Positions 24,438 through 24,608 of a DNA stretch of 24,608 nt are shown piece after piece; positions within the stretch are counted from its first letter, which is position 1, and each line of letters opens with the position of its first letter. Under the pieces are notes generated by a model. That model did not search any database. It worked only from the letters and a program-made list of their open reading frames with translations, and was not told the DNA's origin. The translations under genes were made by a program, and so were the position numbers. The DNA comes from a virus (Duplodnaviria; Heunggongvirae; Uroviricota; Caudoviricetes): the IMG/VR virus record IMGVR_UViG_2534682159_000013; one strand, 5' to 3'.

Positions 24438-24608
24438 TTAAAGGGGACGCATCTCGCCAGTGATTGTTTCATTGCTCATTCTTTTGGTGGCTTTCATGAG
24501 GCCATCAAACATGATGTTGAGAGAAGTCCAGGTATCCTCTGTTCCATTCCCGTAAGCATCGAAATAGACACAAATACGATAACCGGTGAACTCGTTACCG
24601 CCGGAGTC
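24438..24608 (-). CDS. 3' end of a minus-strand ORF continuing beyond the window (partial)
   Basis: Open frame from the window edge to a stop at 24438-24440: '..DSGGNEFTGYRICVYFDAYGNGTEDTWTSLNIMFDGLMKATKRMSNETITGEMRPL*'. Convergent with the 173-aa ORF. Not in the supplied track. Confidence 0.3.
   Translation of the reverse strand, partial: DSGGNEFTGYRICVYFDAYGNGTEDTWTSLNIMFDGLMKATKRMSNETITGEMRPL

Noticed and set aside
1-24608. Prophage boundary or att site
   Set aside because: The integrase 3' end abuts position 1 and the lysis cassette runs off the right end, so both prophage ends lie outside the window.

Overview
The whole window lies inside a lambdoid (Stx-phage-like, E. coli-type) prophage, read from its left arm to the start of the lysis cassette. 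No prophage boundary or att site is inside the window. Order: integrase, excisionase and a large exonuclease on the minus strand (1-3893); small early-left ORFs and a reverse-oriented AT-rich cassette (3989-5672); an immunity region with a DicA/CI-like repressor and Cro-like regulator flanked by related operator modules (5840-6731); YdaT-like, O-like and P-like replication genes (6715-8729); a nin-like region with DUF4406-like, HokD-like type I toxin, Rem-like, YdfU-like DUF968 and RusA (8763-13624); a putative Q antiterminator followed by a PR'/tR'-like promoter and terminator (13617-14395); then a long late-region accessory block where Stx phages carry stx. That block holds a multi-pass membrane protein, a small HTH protein, a DPPY DNA methyltransferase, tRNA-Ile(CAU) and tRNA-Arg(UCG), a lipoprotein with a TolA C-terminal-like domain, a methyltransferase 3' remnant, an AraC-family regulator, and a NanS-p-like esterase; no stx genes are present. 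The window ends with holin S, a 173-aa unknown ORF where the endolysin is expected, and a partial convergent ORF. The most unusual signal is a tandem array of four ~260-bp units (19760-20830), plus a fifth solitary copy (17875-18052), that appear to encode a non-coding structured RNA: conserved 5' and 3' modules pair with compensatory changes, enclose a hypervariable hairpin, and each unit ends in its own intrinsic terminator. All family names come from reading the translations and from recalled sequences; no database search was run.
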